Both the position numbers and the translations under genes were made by a program. Positions 1 to 9,453 of a stretch of 64,000 nt of DNA are shown one piece after another; position 1 is the stretch's first letter, and each line of letters starts with the position of its first letter. Under the pieces are notes generated by a model. That model did not search any database, was not told the origin of the DNA, and saw nothing but the letters and a program-made list of their open reading frames with translations. The stretch comes from Nitrosopumilaceae archaeon (lineage in GTDB: Archaea; Thermoproteota; Nitrososphaeria; Nitrososphaerales; Nitrosopumilaceae): positions 32,001-96,000 of the forward strand of contig CBDATR010000010.1 of the NCBI GenBank assembly GCA_965200155.1, written 5' to 3'.

Positions 1-68
1 TTACGCACAACTGATCGCGACAGTTAATGTGATTTGTGCACAAGATTCCGGAAGACGTGAACTCATAC
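1..68 (-). mobile_element. MITE-A copy (partial, runs off window start)
   Basis: Matches the 92-bp repeat and ends in GTGAACTCATAC. It abuts IS5 transposase sequence. Confidence 0.95.
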
Positions 69-387
69 CAGGGAATGAAGCTGATCCTTGCGTTCTATGA
101 TGTCATCGAGATTTGAAACGAGGGCATTCTTTGTTTGAGCTTCAAGTTTGGCGTGCAGGTTTGTTACTTCGGCCTCAGACTCGGTGCGTAGCCGGTTGTA
201 TTCTGTGACTAACTGCTCCTTGGTGAGTTCTGCTTTTAGCATACCTGGTATTACAAAATTAGGTCTTAACTTTTCTGTTTCACACGAGTCTGTGTGGGAT
301 AACCCATGATATTAGGTCAATTGCTCGTATCTAACAACTTGGTTTAGACGTGCAGGGTGGGAGAAGTGATTCTGCGCATACGGTCTA
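69..387 (-). mobile_element. IS5 (ISL2-group) 5' fragment interrupted by MITE-A
   Basis: Near-identical to 54935-55277 with small deletions. TIR TAGACCGTATGCGCAG ends at 387. Confidence 0.9.
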
Positions 388-433
388 CTATTTATCGCAA
401 GAACGTAAACTCACACAAAATTCAGAATAATTC

Positions 434-1039
434 CTACCTGCGTGCCAACCCTATCAAATATCTGTGTATGGCAGTGTCTCCTGCCAATTCCGGATGAAAT
501 GCAGTGCCGATTATGTGATTCTGCCGTACTGCAACGATACGGTTGTCCACGGCGCAGATGGGCTCCACTGACGGGCTAACTGATCCCACTGATGGCGCCC
601 GTATGAATACTCCCCGGAATGAGTCAATGTCAAGCGCGGATATTTGCAGTTGTATCTCGCAGGATCGGCGCTGCCTGCCAAAAGAGTTACGCTCAAGGCG
701 CATATCCAGGACGCCCAGGAGTGGCTGGCCGGTCTTGCCCATGTTCCGCTCGTGTGCTGCATTGGCCAGCAGTATCATGCCGGCACATATTCCCAAGGTG
801 GGCATACCTGCTGTTATACGCTCAGATAGGGTGGACAGTACGTCTCCTGTTAGGCACATTTGGCCTATGGTTGTACTCTCGCCGCCGGGTATTATCATGA
901 CATCCACGTCCGATATGGCCGGAGATGTCTTGACTGGCATCACCCTGCCGCCTATATTCATGTCATCAAGTGCCTGCCTTGCCACTCGTACATTCTCATA
1001 CACGTCCCCCTGTATGGCCAGAACTCCCACGGTAATCAT
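434..1039 (-). CDS. pdxT: PLP synthase glutaminase subunit
   Basis: GVLAIQG, PGGESTT, GICAG, FIRAP and FHPEL motifs. Confidence 0.97.
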   Translation of the reverse strand: MITVGVLAIQGDVYENVRVARQALDDMNIGGRVMPVKTSPAISDVDVMIIPGGESTTIGQMCLTGDVLSTLSERITAGMPTLGICAGMILLANAAHERNMGKTGQPLLGVLDMRLERNSFGRQRRSCEIQLQISALDIDSFRGVFIRAPSVGSVSPSVEPICAVDNRIVAVRQNHIIGTAFHPELAGDTAIHRYLIGLARR

Positions 1040-1995
1040 GACTGGGCGCCCCTTTCCTGCATGCGCAGCTCCAGACTGGCCGTATCCATGCCCAGTATGG
1101 ATTGCCGCTCATCTACCATCTCCTGTGCATCACGTACCCGAGACGACTGATCCCAGAACGTTGTGGCCAGAACTATGGCCCTTGCGCGGTTCTCCGCGTC
1201 GTTTGACTTGAATATGCCTGATCCAACAAATATCCCGTCACAACCCAGCGACATCAGATATGCCGCGTCCGCGGGCGTGGCAATTCCTCCTGCGGCGAAG
1301 TTGACTACCGGGAGCCTGCCCAGCTTGGCGGTCTCCCGTACCACATCATATGATACCCTGTATTCCCGGGCTATTCGTATCATTTCCTGATGGTCTCCGG
1401 AATCGTACACCGACTTTATGTGGCGCAGTCCGTCGTTTACCTTTTTTATGTGAGTTATGGCTTCGGCTACATTTCCGGTACCAGGCTCGCCCTTGGTGCG
1501 TATCATGGATGCCCCCTCCTCTATGCGGCGCAGTGCCTCCGCTAGTGAGCGTGCCCCGTTAACAAAGGGAGTGGTAAAGTCCCACTTCCATATGTGGTGC
1601 ATCTCATCGGCCGGTGTAAGCACCTCTGACTCATCTATCATGTCTACGTCACACTGGGCCAGGACCTGTGCCTCGTACACATGACCTATGCGACATTTTG
1701 CCATGACCGGAATGGTGACTGACTCCATTATGTCCTGGATTGTCTTGGCGCTGGCGGTTCGTGCAACCCCCCCGGCCGCCCGCACATCTGATGGTAATTT
1801 ATCCAGTACCATGACTGATACGGCGCCCGCGGTCTCGGCTATCTGAGCTTGCTCTATATTTGTCACATCCATGACAACACCGCCCTTTAGCATGTGGGCA
1901 AATCCGCGCTTCACGGTGGTGGTACCCATAACTACATTGCCCTCCTCGCATACTATGCCGCGCGCGTCATCCTGCTGGCCCGCGGTAGATATCAT
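1036..1995 (-). CDS. pdxS: PLP synthase lyase subunit
   Basis: [30 protein letters not shown] and [12 protein letters not shown] motifs. Confidence 0.98.
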   Translation of the reverse strand: MISTAGQQDDARGIVCEEGNVVMGTTTVKRGFAHMLKGGVVMDVTNIEQAQIAETAGAVSVMVLDKLPSDVRAAGGVARTASAKTIQDIMESVTIPVMAKCRIGHVYEAQVLAQCDVDMIDESEVLTPADEMHHIWKWDFTTPFVNGARSLAEALRRIEEGASMIRTKGEPGTGNVAEAITHIKKVNDGLRHIKSVYDSGDHQEMIRIAREYRVSYDVVRETAKLGRLPVVNFAAGGIATPADAAYLMSLGCDGIFVGSGIFKSNDAENRARAIVLATTFWDQSSRVRDAQEMVDERQSILGMDTASLELRMQERGAQS

Positions 1996-2022
1996 GTATG
2001 ATGATACATCCTGTGCATATTT

Positions 2023-2562
2023 TTACTTATCACGGGTATCGTCCAGAATTGCCACCAGTCTTGATTCTACCTGAGTTATTATGGGCGGGATGAATCTGTC
2101 TGTGGCGTCTTGTTCCGGCCATGTTATTCTAGTTATGGCCCCATTCAAGGTAACCTTCACCGTATGCCTGGTGTACTGCTCTATGTCCCCCCTGACGGGG
2201 AATGTATCCTCTGGCAGGGCCATAAAACCTGTCTCCTTTATCAGGGCCACCAAATGCAGTATCTCAGTCTGGTTCATGCTGGCGGTAATGGTAGGCTGCG
2301 CGTACCCCTCTTCTGATATACGCAATTCCACATCACCATCTTCCTTTATGGTCAGTATGTCTGTACGATCCGCCCCCAGTCTCTCGGTTACCCCAAAAGA
2401 GACCCGCCGGAGATCATGCACCGTATACTCAATCTCTATATCATCCTCTGGAACCGCTGCAGAGAATGGTATCTCTGCGCGTCCCAGCATGGGCGCAACC
2501 AGTATTATGGCTATAATGGCTGGTATGGCACCCAGAACCAGTATGACGGGCTTTACCATCAC
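2023..2562 (-). CDS. N-terminally membrane-anchored hypothetical protein
   Basis: 179-aa ORF with a hydrophobic N-terminus, co-oriented with pdxS. Confidence 0.75.
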   Translation of the reverse strand: MMVKPVILVLGAIPAIIAIILVAPMLGRAEIPFSAAVPEDDIEIEYTVHDLRRVSFGVTERLGADRTDILTIKEDGDVELRISEEGYAQPTITASMNQTEILHLVALIKETGFMALPEDTFPVRGDIEQYTRHTVKVTLNGAITRITWPEQDATDRFIPPIITQVESRLVAILDDTRDK

Positions 2563-2650
2563 ATGTATCTTGTATAATGACTCTCATAAGCCTTTGTCTA
2601 ACATGTTTATAATGAATTCATTTCTGCCAGACATGAAACATTATGGTCAT

Positions 2651-2843
2651 GTAACCGCTTAGGTCGCTCCGAATTGCTTTCATGACACAAAATCCGGTAA
2701 CCACAAGCCCGAAGCGGTGGGTGATAGACACCGCCAGCCCTAACGTATGTTGTGTTCGCAAATGTAGCGCAGTGAGATAACAGGATTTAGTCCTTGCCTT
2801 GGTTGCATATTAGGAAAAACACTTAGGTGACCTAAACGATTAC
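2651..2843. mobile_element. MITE-B copy
   Basis: Ends GTAACCGCTTAGGTCGC / GTGACCTAAACGATTAC. Internal blocks are shared with 17744-17921 in reverse orientation. Confidence 0.8.
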
Positions 2844-2884
2844 CAGTATGATTAAACCGGTGGTTGATATTGGAGTCGACCCCG

Positions 2885-3312
2885 TTATTTTTGAGCAAGG
2901 ATGTTCTGCCCAATTATTGTGTCGTTCTGCTTTGAGTGATGCTTTGCGTAGTCAATTAGCATATTTAGCCGAGAAGCGCCGGTATTCATTGCATTGAGCA
3001 TTTCTAATTGCATGTCTCCCGAGATTATCTTGAATATGGTGAATTCTCCAGTGGTAGCAGTATATTTCACTTGCATATCATCTATTTGTACAGGTTCTTC
3101 CAATTTGTTGATGGCAGCAATGAGTGACTCTATGTACTGTCACCCTCGCATATTATTAATACGGATTCGTCCTCAAGGTTCTCCACACTACCTTTCAGTC
3201 CAATTTCTTTCGCCACATTTTTAACACTATTGCGGAGTCCCACCCCCTGAACCTTTCCGGAGACTAGAATTGTGGCTCTTTCTTGTGTCATCGTGTTATG
3301 ATTGTCGCTCAT
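2885..3312 (-). pseudogene. Frameshifted acylphosphatase-domain protein
   Basis: VSGKVQGVGLR...GSVENLEDESV in 3130-3312 continues in another frame into 2885-3103. Confidence 0.8.
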
Positions 3313-3374
3313 TCAATGTAAACTGAGAATGGAAGGGAATAGTAACCATTCATGTCGCTCCAAGCACAGTCGAC

Positions 3375-3466
3375 GTATGAGTTCACCTGTGTCTAAATTT
3401 ACGCACAACTGATCGCGACAGTTAATGTGATTTGTGCACAAGATTCCGGAAGACGTGAACTCATAC
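3375..3466 (-). mobile_element. MITE-A copy (left arm of composite)
   Basis: Canonical 92 bp. The left flank CAGTCGAC recurs only after the next copy, at 3705-3712. Confidence 0.97.
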
Positions 3467-3478
3467 TTTTGGCAACCG

Positions 3479-3512
3479 AAAAAACGCCCTCACTTTGTAA
3501 GGGCGTTTTTTT
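3479..3512. terminator. Bidirectional terminator-like hairpin within composite cargo
   Basis: AAAAAACGCCCT-9 nt-AGGGCGTTTTTTT, a perfect 12-bp inverted repeat with A/T tails. Confidence 0.6.
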
Positions 3513-3585
3513 GATACCAAAATGCGTTCTCCTCCTAATTGGTCCATTTGTATACCATGATCATTAGGTATCGGTTGTATTGCTG

Positions 3586-3704
3586 GTATGAGTTCACCTG
3601 TGTCTAAATGGAACGGGTCATTCTATAACTGATCGCGACAGTTAAAGAGTAACCGGTTCTTTTGTGCACAAGATTGGAACCGGTTCCAAGACGTGAACTC
3701 ATAC
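3586..3704 (-). mobile_element. MITE-A variant (119 bp) with three cassette replacements
   Basis: TIRs intact. Three internal segments are replaced (+9, +10, +8 bp). Confidence 0.95.
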
Positions 3705-3806
3705 CAGTCGACGCTTGGCGTATTTGGTTCGTATTTTTCTTCATGTTCCTTGATGTACAGTAATTCTATCGCAGCCTGCACAAGGTGGATACATACTTTG
3801 AGGATC

Positions 3807-4036
3807 GTAACCGTTTAGGTCACCCCTGTGCAACCGCTTAAAATATACCGCTAACATGCCCATTCCTGCCTTTTCAGTCATGATACCTCACATGTGGCAG
3901 CCACCATAAGTCCTTGGGTAACAAATCTACATTTGTCACATACAACCCCTGCCTTACATGTCAGAATTATGGTGTTCGCTGTATGCCCATGAATTCAGTC
4001 TAGATGTATGATCTTTAACTCGACCTAAACAGTTAG
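3807..4036. mobile_element. MITE-B copy with nested MITE-C
   Basis: GTAACCGTTTAGGTCAC ... CGACCTAAACAGTTAG ends. Confidence 0.75.
3893..3983 (-). mobile_element. MITE-C copy (91 bp)
   Basis: Reverse complement aligns with 8581-8671. Confidence 0.8.
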
Positions 4037-4086
4037 ATAGTCATGCAAAAATGACTTAAATTGAGGCACTATTACAATAGTAGCGT

Positions 4087-4233
4087 GGGGTCGTAGCCTA
4101 GCCTGGTAGGGCGACAGTGTTAAACAGTGTTCACCGCTAAGGGCTCCAGAGGTAAACTAAACCACTGATTGGATGATGTGAGTTTGGAGCTGTAGTGACC
4201 CGTAGGTCGCCGGTTCGATTCCGGTCGGCCCCA
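4087..4233 (+). tRNA. tRNA-Trp(CCA) with at least two introns (~4116-4140 and ~4150-4197)
   Basis: Removing both segments yields the cloverleaf GGGGTCG..ACGGG CTCCAGA CCCGT..GGTTCGATTCC..CGGCCCCA. Confidence 0.88.
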
Positions 4234-4235
4234 CA

Positions 4236-6491
4236 TCATCTATTCCTGATTACGTTCAGAGCGGATCCCGCACGGAACCACTCTATCTGTGATGCGCTAT
4301 AGGAGTGGCGTAATTGTATGGTATGTGTAGTTCCGTCCTGATGCTCCAGTATGCAGGATATGGGATGTTCGGGCCTCATTTGCTCAAGTCCAACTATGCT
4401 TAAGCTATCATCCTCCATTATACGGTCATAATCTGATTCGTCCTGGAATGTCAGTGCCAGTATGCCCTGCTTTTTTAGATTCGTTTCGTGTATGCGTGCA
4501 AAACTCCGGGCTATGACTGCGGCGCACCCCAGATATCTTGGCGTCATGGCGGCGTGCTCCCTGCTGCTACCCTCGCCATAGTTGCGGTCTCCCACAATGA
4601 CCCATGGAATATCTTCCTTCTGGTACGCCCTGGCTATGCATGCAAAGTCCTCGGTATCTCCTGTAAGGAAATTCTTGCCCTCTCCGGCCTTGCCCGTGTA
4701 GTAGTTTATCGCTCCCATGAGCATGTTGTCACTAAGGTTGCCCAGGTGCCCGCGATATGACAGCCAGGGGCCTGCCGGTGATATGTGATCAGTGGTGCAC
4801 TTGCCCCTGGCTTTTACCATGAGTCTCATGCCTGTCTTGTCCTTGCCGTCCCACTCATTAAATGGCTCTATTCGCTGGAGGCGCTTGCTGGCTGGATCTA
4901 TGATTACCTCAATGTCCCGGCCATCTTCGGGCGGGGATACGTATATGCCCTCGGGTATGCTGAAACCATTCTCTGGAACCTCGTCCGCTGCCGGTGGCGG
5001 TTCCAGGTGGAATTGTGTCCCGTCCGGCGCACTTAGTGTATCCTGGACGGGATTAAATGAGAGCCTGCCACCCAGTGCCAGCGCGATAACCATCTCGGGA
5101 CTGCCTATGAAGTTGAGCGTACTGCGACTGCCGTCATTTCTCCCGGGAAAGTTGCGATTAAAGGAGGTCACTATGGTATTCTCCTTGCCTGGTACTATCT
5201 CTGGGCGACTCCACTGTCCTATACATGGTCCGCATGCATTTGCCAGGACGGTGGCCCCAATGTCCACCAGTGACTGCATCTGCCCGTCCCGCTCTATGGT
5301 AGCTCTTATCTGCTCAGAGCCGGGCGTAACTAATAGTGGTACTGCCGCCTTCACTCCGTGGGCCTTGGCCTGCTCTGCTATACTTGCCGCTCTTGACATG
5401 TCCTCGTAAGAGGAGTTAGTACAGCTGCCCACAAGAGCCACGGATATATCATCAACGTACTTTTGCGATTCCACGTCCGGCGCCATTGCCGATACGGGGC
5501 GGGCCAAATCCGGAGTATGGGGACCCACTATGTGGGGCTCCAGCGAAGAGAGGTCTATCTCTATTATCCGGTCATAATGATTTTGTGGGTTCTCCAAGAC
5601 CCCGTAATCCGCGGTCAGTATGTCACGGTTCCTGTTGGCTAGCTGAGCTATGGCTGATCGGTTGGTATACTGGAGATACTTTTCCATCCGAGAATCATAC
5701 GGGAATATGGAGCAAGTGGCGCCCACCTCTGCGCCCATATTGGTAATGGTGGCTTTTCCGGTACAACTAATGGACTCTGTTCCCTCGCCAAAATACTCTA
5801 TCACTGAATTGGTGCCGCCGGATACGCTCAGCTCCTTGGCCACCACTAATATGATATCCTTGGGGGATGTCCAGGATCCCAGTTTTCCAGTCAAATGGAC
5901 GCCAATGCGCTTGGGGTACAATACTTCCCAGGATAATCCCGCCATGGATTCGGCTGCATCAACTCCGCCCACGCCTACGGCCAACATGCCCAAACCTCCA
6001 CCGTTGGGCGTGTGCGAGTCAGTTCCTATCATGAGTCCTCCGGGAAAGGCATAATTTTCCAGTACTACCTGGTGTATTATTCCAGCACCGGGTCTCCAAA
6101 AGCCGCATCCGTATCTGGCCGCCGCGGACTGTAGAAACTGGAACACCTCGCTGTTCTCATCAATGGATACAGCCATATCCGCCTTGCCATCTGTGCGTGC
6201 ACGAATGAGATGGTCACAGTGTATGGATACGGGCAATGCCGCCTTGTCCAGTCCAGCCTGCATGAACTGCAAAATTACTGTCTGGCCTGTTACATCCTGT
6301 AACGCCACCCTGTCCGGTTTTAGCGCGATATATCCTTCCGGCTCTCCTTTGGGAATCTGCATCATGTGACCCGCGAGTATCTTTTCTGTTAGCGTCAGTG
6401 GCCTGTTTACCACGCGCCTAAAGGCCTCGATGTTTTGCCGGTTTCTGGCATATACTCCTTGTACCATGTCTGTTGTGGTCTCCACTGGCAT
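4236..6491 (-). CDS. acnA: Aconitate hydratase
   Basis: QDVTGQ, HCDH, GTDSHT, GSCTNSS, ACGPCIG and NYGEGSSREHAA motifs. Start set at MPVETT because the upstream part of the ORF runs into a MITE. Confidence 0.95.
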   Translation of the reverse strand: MPVETTTDMVQGVYARNRQNIEAFRRVVNRPLTLTEKILAGHMMQIPKGEPEGYIALKPDRVALQDVTGQTVILQFMQAGLDKAALPVSIHCDHLIRARTDGKADMAVSIDENSEVFQFLQSAAARYGCGFWRPGAGIIHQVVLENYAFPGGLMIGTDSHTPNGGGLGMLAVGVGGVDAAESMAGLSWEVLYPKRIGVHLTGKLGSWTSPKDIILVVAKELSVSGGTNSVIEYFGEGTESISCTGKATITNMGAEVGATCSIFPYDSRMEKYLQYTNRSAIAQLANRNRDILTADYGVLENPQNHYDRIIEIDLSSLEPHIVGPHTPDLARPVSAMAPDVESQKYVDDISVALVGSCTNSSYEDMSRAASIAEQAKAHGVKAAVPLLVTPGSEQIRATIERDGQMQSLVDIGATVLANACGPCIGQWSRPEIVPGKENTIVTSFNRNFPGRNDGSRSTLNFIGSPEMVIALALGGRLSFNPVQDTLSAPDGTQFHLEPPPAADEVPENGFSIPEGIYVSPPEDGRDIEVIIDPASKRLQRIEPFNEWDGKDKTGMRLMVKARGKCTTDHISPAGPWLSYRGHLGNLSDNMLMGAINYYTGKAGEGKNFLTGDTEDFACIARAYQKEDIPWVIVGDRNYGEGSSREHAAMTPRYLGCAAVIARSFARIHETNLKKQGILALTFQDESDYDRIMEDDSLSIVGLEQMRPEHPISCILEHQDGTTHTIQLRHSYSASQIEWFRAGSALNVIRNR

Positions 6492-6527
6492 GTCATTTCT
6501 TGGAATATGCCTGAATTTATATAGCGC

Positions 6528-6694
6528 GTAACCGTCTAGGTCACTCTTCCACACATTCCACCAAGGCAGAGACTAACTACGGTTATCTCACTGGCAGCGT
6601 GGAATACATGACTGGCATAGGTTCATTCCCTACCGGTTTGGTATATGTTTGCCAATGAAAACACACCACAATTCAGAGCGCCCTAAACGGTCAC
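6528..6694. mobile_element. MITE-B copy
   Basis: GTAACCGTCTAGGTCAC ... GCGCCCTAAACGGTCAC ends. Shares the GTTATCTCACTG block with the 2651 copy. Confidence 0.75.
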
Positions 6695-7105
6695 CTCCTT
6701 CAATGTGCTAGTATGCCACAGGCTACCTTATCACAATATGGCTGCTGTATAGCACCCACCATAAGTCTTTGCCGGGTATAGGACCGTACTTTTATAGAAC
6801 CACTACTAGAGTAGAATCGCCAGATGATGGATGACATAATTCGGACCGTCGTTATACCGTTGAAAAATAATAGAGAGTTCTCCCGGCGCACCAAGATATT
6901 TGGTCACACGTCAGATTATGTCTATAATAGAGCGGTATCCGAGATCAGTCTTGGTGGCTACTACATACCCGGAACCACTCTTGAATTGAAGCATGATCCG
7001 GCCAAGGTCAAGAATAAGAACGAGTACGCCAAGTCACCATATGGCCTAAAGAAGGGCGCTTCATTATACGTGAATCAGATATCGCATTCTAGAACGGTCA
7101 TCAAG

Positions 7106-7124
7106 AGACGGTTTACCCGTCCAA
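7106..7124 (+). repeat. Micro-hairpin insertion D1
   Basis: caag[AGACGGTTTACCCGTCCAA]caag. Confidence 0.8.
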
Positions 7125-7994
7125 CAAGAATGGTTTGTTCCTGGAATTGACAAAGTGGCGCCCTGATCTGGAGTGGATGCGCGAGTTACCCTCTAACTAT
7201 GGTCGGGGTGCCATACTACAGGCGTCTGTCGCGTGCAGACGCGCGTACGAGGATCATTCTAATTACATGCCACACCGGCGTGACTGACAGAATCATACTA
7301 TCATGTGTAAGACCACCAATCCGTCGCGGTGAGTTCGAGTTGGACCTGTGCAGTTTTGGTGTGGGGAGAACAACCAAACCAATCGATCATTCCTTGGACA
7401 TGCGCTCATTCAGGATAGTGGAACGAGTAACCAAAGTAGGGGTGCATCTGGGATGGTATTGGGCAGTCCACTGACTCCATTCAGGATAGTGGAACGAGTA
7501 ACCAATAGTAGGGAGCATCAATTCGAGATTCACATCAATATACGGGAGAAACCATCGACCGGCGTTGTTCGCGGCGTGGATGTCGGCGGGAAACATCTAG
7601 CTGTAACAGCTGACACGAATGGCATAACGATGATTCCCAACATGAGACATCGTTCCATATTGCGGGAGATTAGCGCACTCCAGAGTATTAGAACGCGAAA
7701 GGGCAAGCGCAGGAAGCGAAAGATTGAGAAGAAAATCATTCAATTACGACAGAAAGCCAACAACATTGCGAACGACTCCATGAATAGAATGGTCCACACG
7801 GTCACCAAAGGTGTGGACAGGGTAGTACTAGAGGATTTATCACCTATATCAATGACCAGACATGGCGGGAACCACAAAATAACAATGAACCGTTCCATGC
7901 GCGAGAACCGGGTAGGCGAATTCCGCCGGAAAGTAGTACAAAAGTGCGAGGCACTGGGGATTGAATTGGTGGCTGTGCCAGCGAGATACACGAG

Positions 7995-8014
7995 GGGGCG
8001 GTTTACCCGCCCAA
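7995..8014 (+). repeat. Micro-hairpin insertion D2
   Basis: cgag[GGGGCGGTTTACCCGCCCAA]cgag, splitting the YT|SQTC motif. Confidence 0.9.
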
Positions 8015-8165
8015 CGAGCCAGACCTGTCACGTGTGTGGAAACGTTGAGATAAATCACGATCAACTAGGGACACTTTCAATATGTAACCAGGAATTTCAC
8101 GCCGATATCAACGCGGCGTTTAGTAACCGGTTTCTCTGTATGGGGCGGCAGAGCGTGTCGTCCGG

Positions 8166-8185
8166 GGGGCGGTTTACCCGCCCAA
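8166..8185 (+). repeat. Micro-hairpin insertion D3
   Basis: ccgg[GGGGCGGTTTACCCGCCCAA]ccgg. Confidence 0.9.
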
Positions 8186-8275
8186 CCGGAGGCGTCAGGG
8201 CAGGAATAATGGCGACAATCCAAAGCCATGTACTGCCTAGGAACGAGGTGCCATGAAAATCATAGTCAAAGACTT

Positions 8276-9200
8276 ATGGCGACCACCATATCTAAGACAG
8301 AATCTATAATGGCACTATCCACAAACATTCCAGCGACAGAACATGTAGCAGCGATACAAATCATCTACAAATGTATAATCCAAGATTTTGATGCATTATC
8401 TATAATACTGTTCGGCTCTATGGCTCGTAGCGACCATGGCAAGTACAGTGACATCGATATCATGGTTGTGATGCCAGAAGGCACCAATACAAGCGTGGTA
8501 CATTATAGTATAGCGAACACCATAATTCTTTGGCATGCAAGACAGAGGCGCATGGCCGCAACAACAGTTGTGGCAGCCAGTATAGCGAACACCATAATTC
8601 TTTGGCATGCAAGACAGGGATTGTATGTGACATGTAGATTTGTTACCCAAGGACTCATGGTGACCGCTATATTCCTGCTGCCCGATGGATTTGGACATAG
8701 GTGTGGATACAATAGTGACAACACCGTTAATACTGGAGACAAAATCACATCTGCGCGGTTCCGTACAAAGAATGGCATACTGGGAGGTATAGAATTATAC
8801 GGTAATCACAAACTAAAATACGCCTTTGGGCATACTGATGACGCGAAGTCAGGATCCATATTGCTCGAAATTGCCCTTGATGATATTCAGTCAGCCATTG
8901 AAAATGACTCCGGCAAGACACCATACAAGAGTACGTGCGTACAATCCCCCCCAACAGGCGATAGAAAAGGCGCTCAAGTCTGTAAGGTCTGGTCCGGAAT
9001 AGAACCGAAACACATCAATTGAAATATCTCTATGCCAAGGTTCCGTCCGATTAGGGGATAAGCGCATCAGTAACAGATTCGGATGACATACCTAAACAGA
9101 ACATAGCTTCAAGATGTGATCACTCGCCTAGCAAAGGTGTTGCCAATTGGGAATTTTTATGTCGCCTCAAATATATGCAAAACCGCAAGGAATGAGACTA
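8276..9200 (+). pseudogene. Fused MNT-HEPN protein, disrupted
   Basis: IILFGSMARSD..SDIDIMVV, then HEPN-like QQAIEKALK in a shifted frame. Carries a MITE-C insertion. End approximate. Confidence 0.75.
8581..8671 (+). mobile_element. MITE-C (91 bp; partial second copy at 8509-8545)
   Basis: TIRs TATAGCGAACACCAT / ATGGTGACCGCTATA. Absent from the paralog at 11.8-12.6 kb. Confidence 0.85.
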
Positions 9201-9453
9201 TTTTGTGCGTGTTATGGAATGAGCAAGATATCATGTGACTGATAACATCTCTGCACCCAACGACCGCATACAGTCCGTCTGTCAGTTTTGGCTATCCATA
9301 TGCACTGTTGGCCAGAAAATGATGCCCTGCGACTTGAGCTCCATGTATATTGTGTCAACCTGCATAACTGGGTTTAGGCCGGTCGCCCAATCCGGGAATA
9401 ATTCTTCCAGGGCACATACCAACAAAAATATACAAGTCCCTATTACCAATAAT

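Larger units (their letters stand above)
6824..8256 (+). pseudogene. tnpB: IS200/IS605-family TnpB, frameshifted
   Basis: RuvC motifs GVDVG, VLEDL and HADINAA plus YT..SQTCHVCG. Split over three ORFs. Confidence 0.88.

Noticed and set aside
543-1211. Long antisense ORFs (also 4792-5409, 48247-48918 and others)
   Set aside because: These are shadows of well-supported genes on the opposite strand.
4150-4197. Firm call of a box C/D guide RNA in the tRNA-Trp intron
   Set aside because: No canonical box D sits at the D+5 distance for C34. The complementarity may serve splicing instead.
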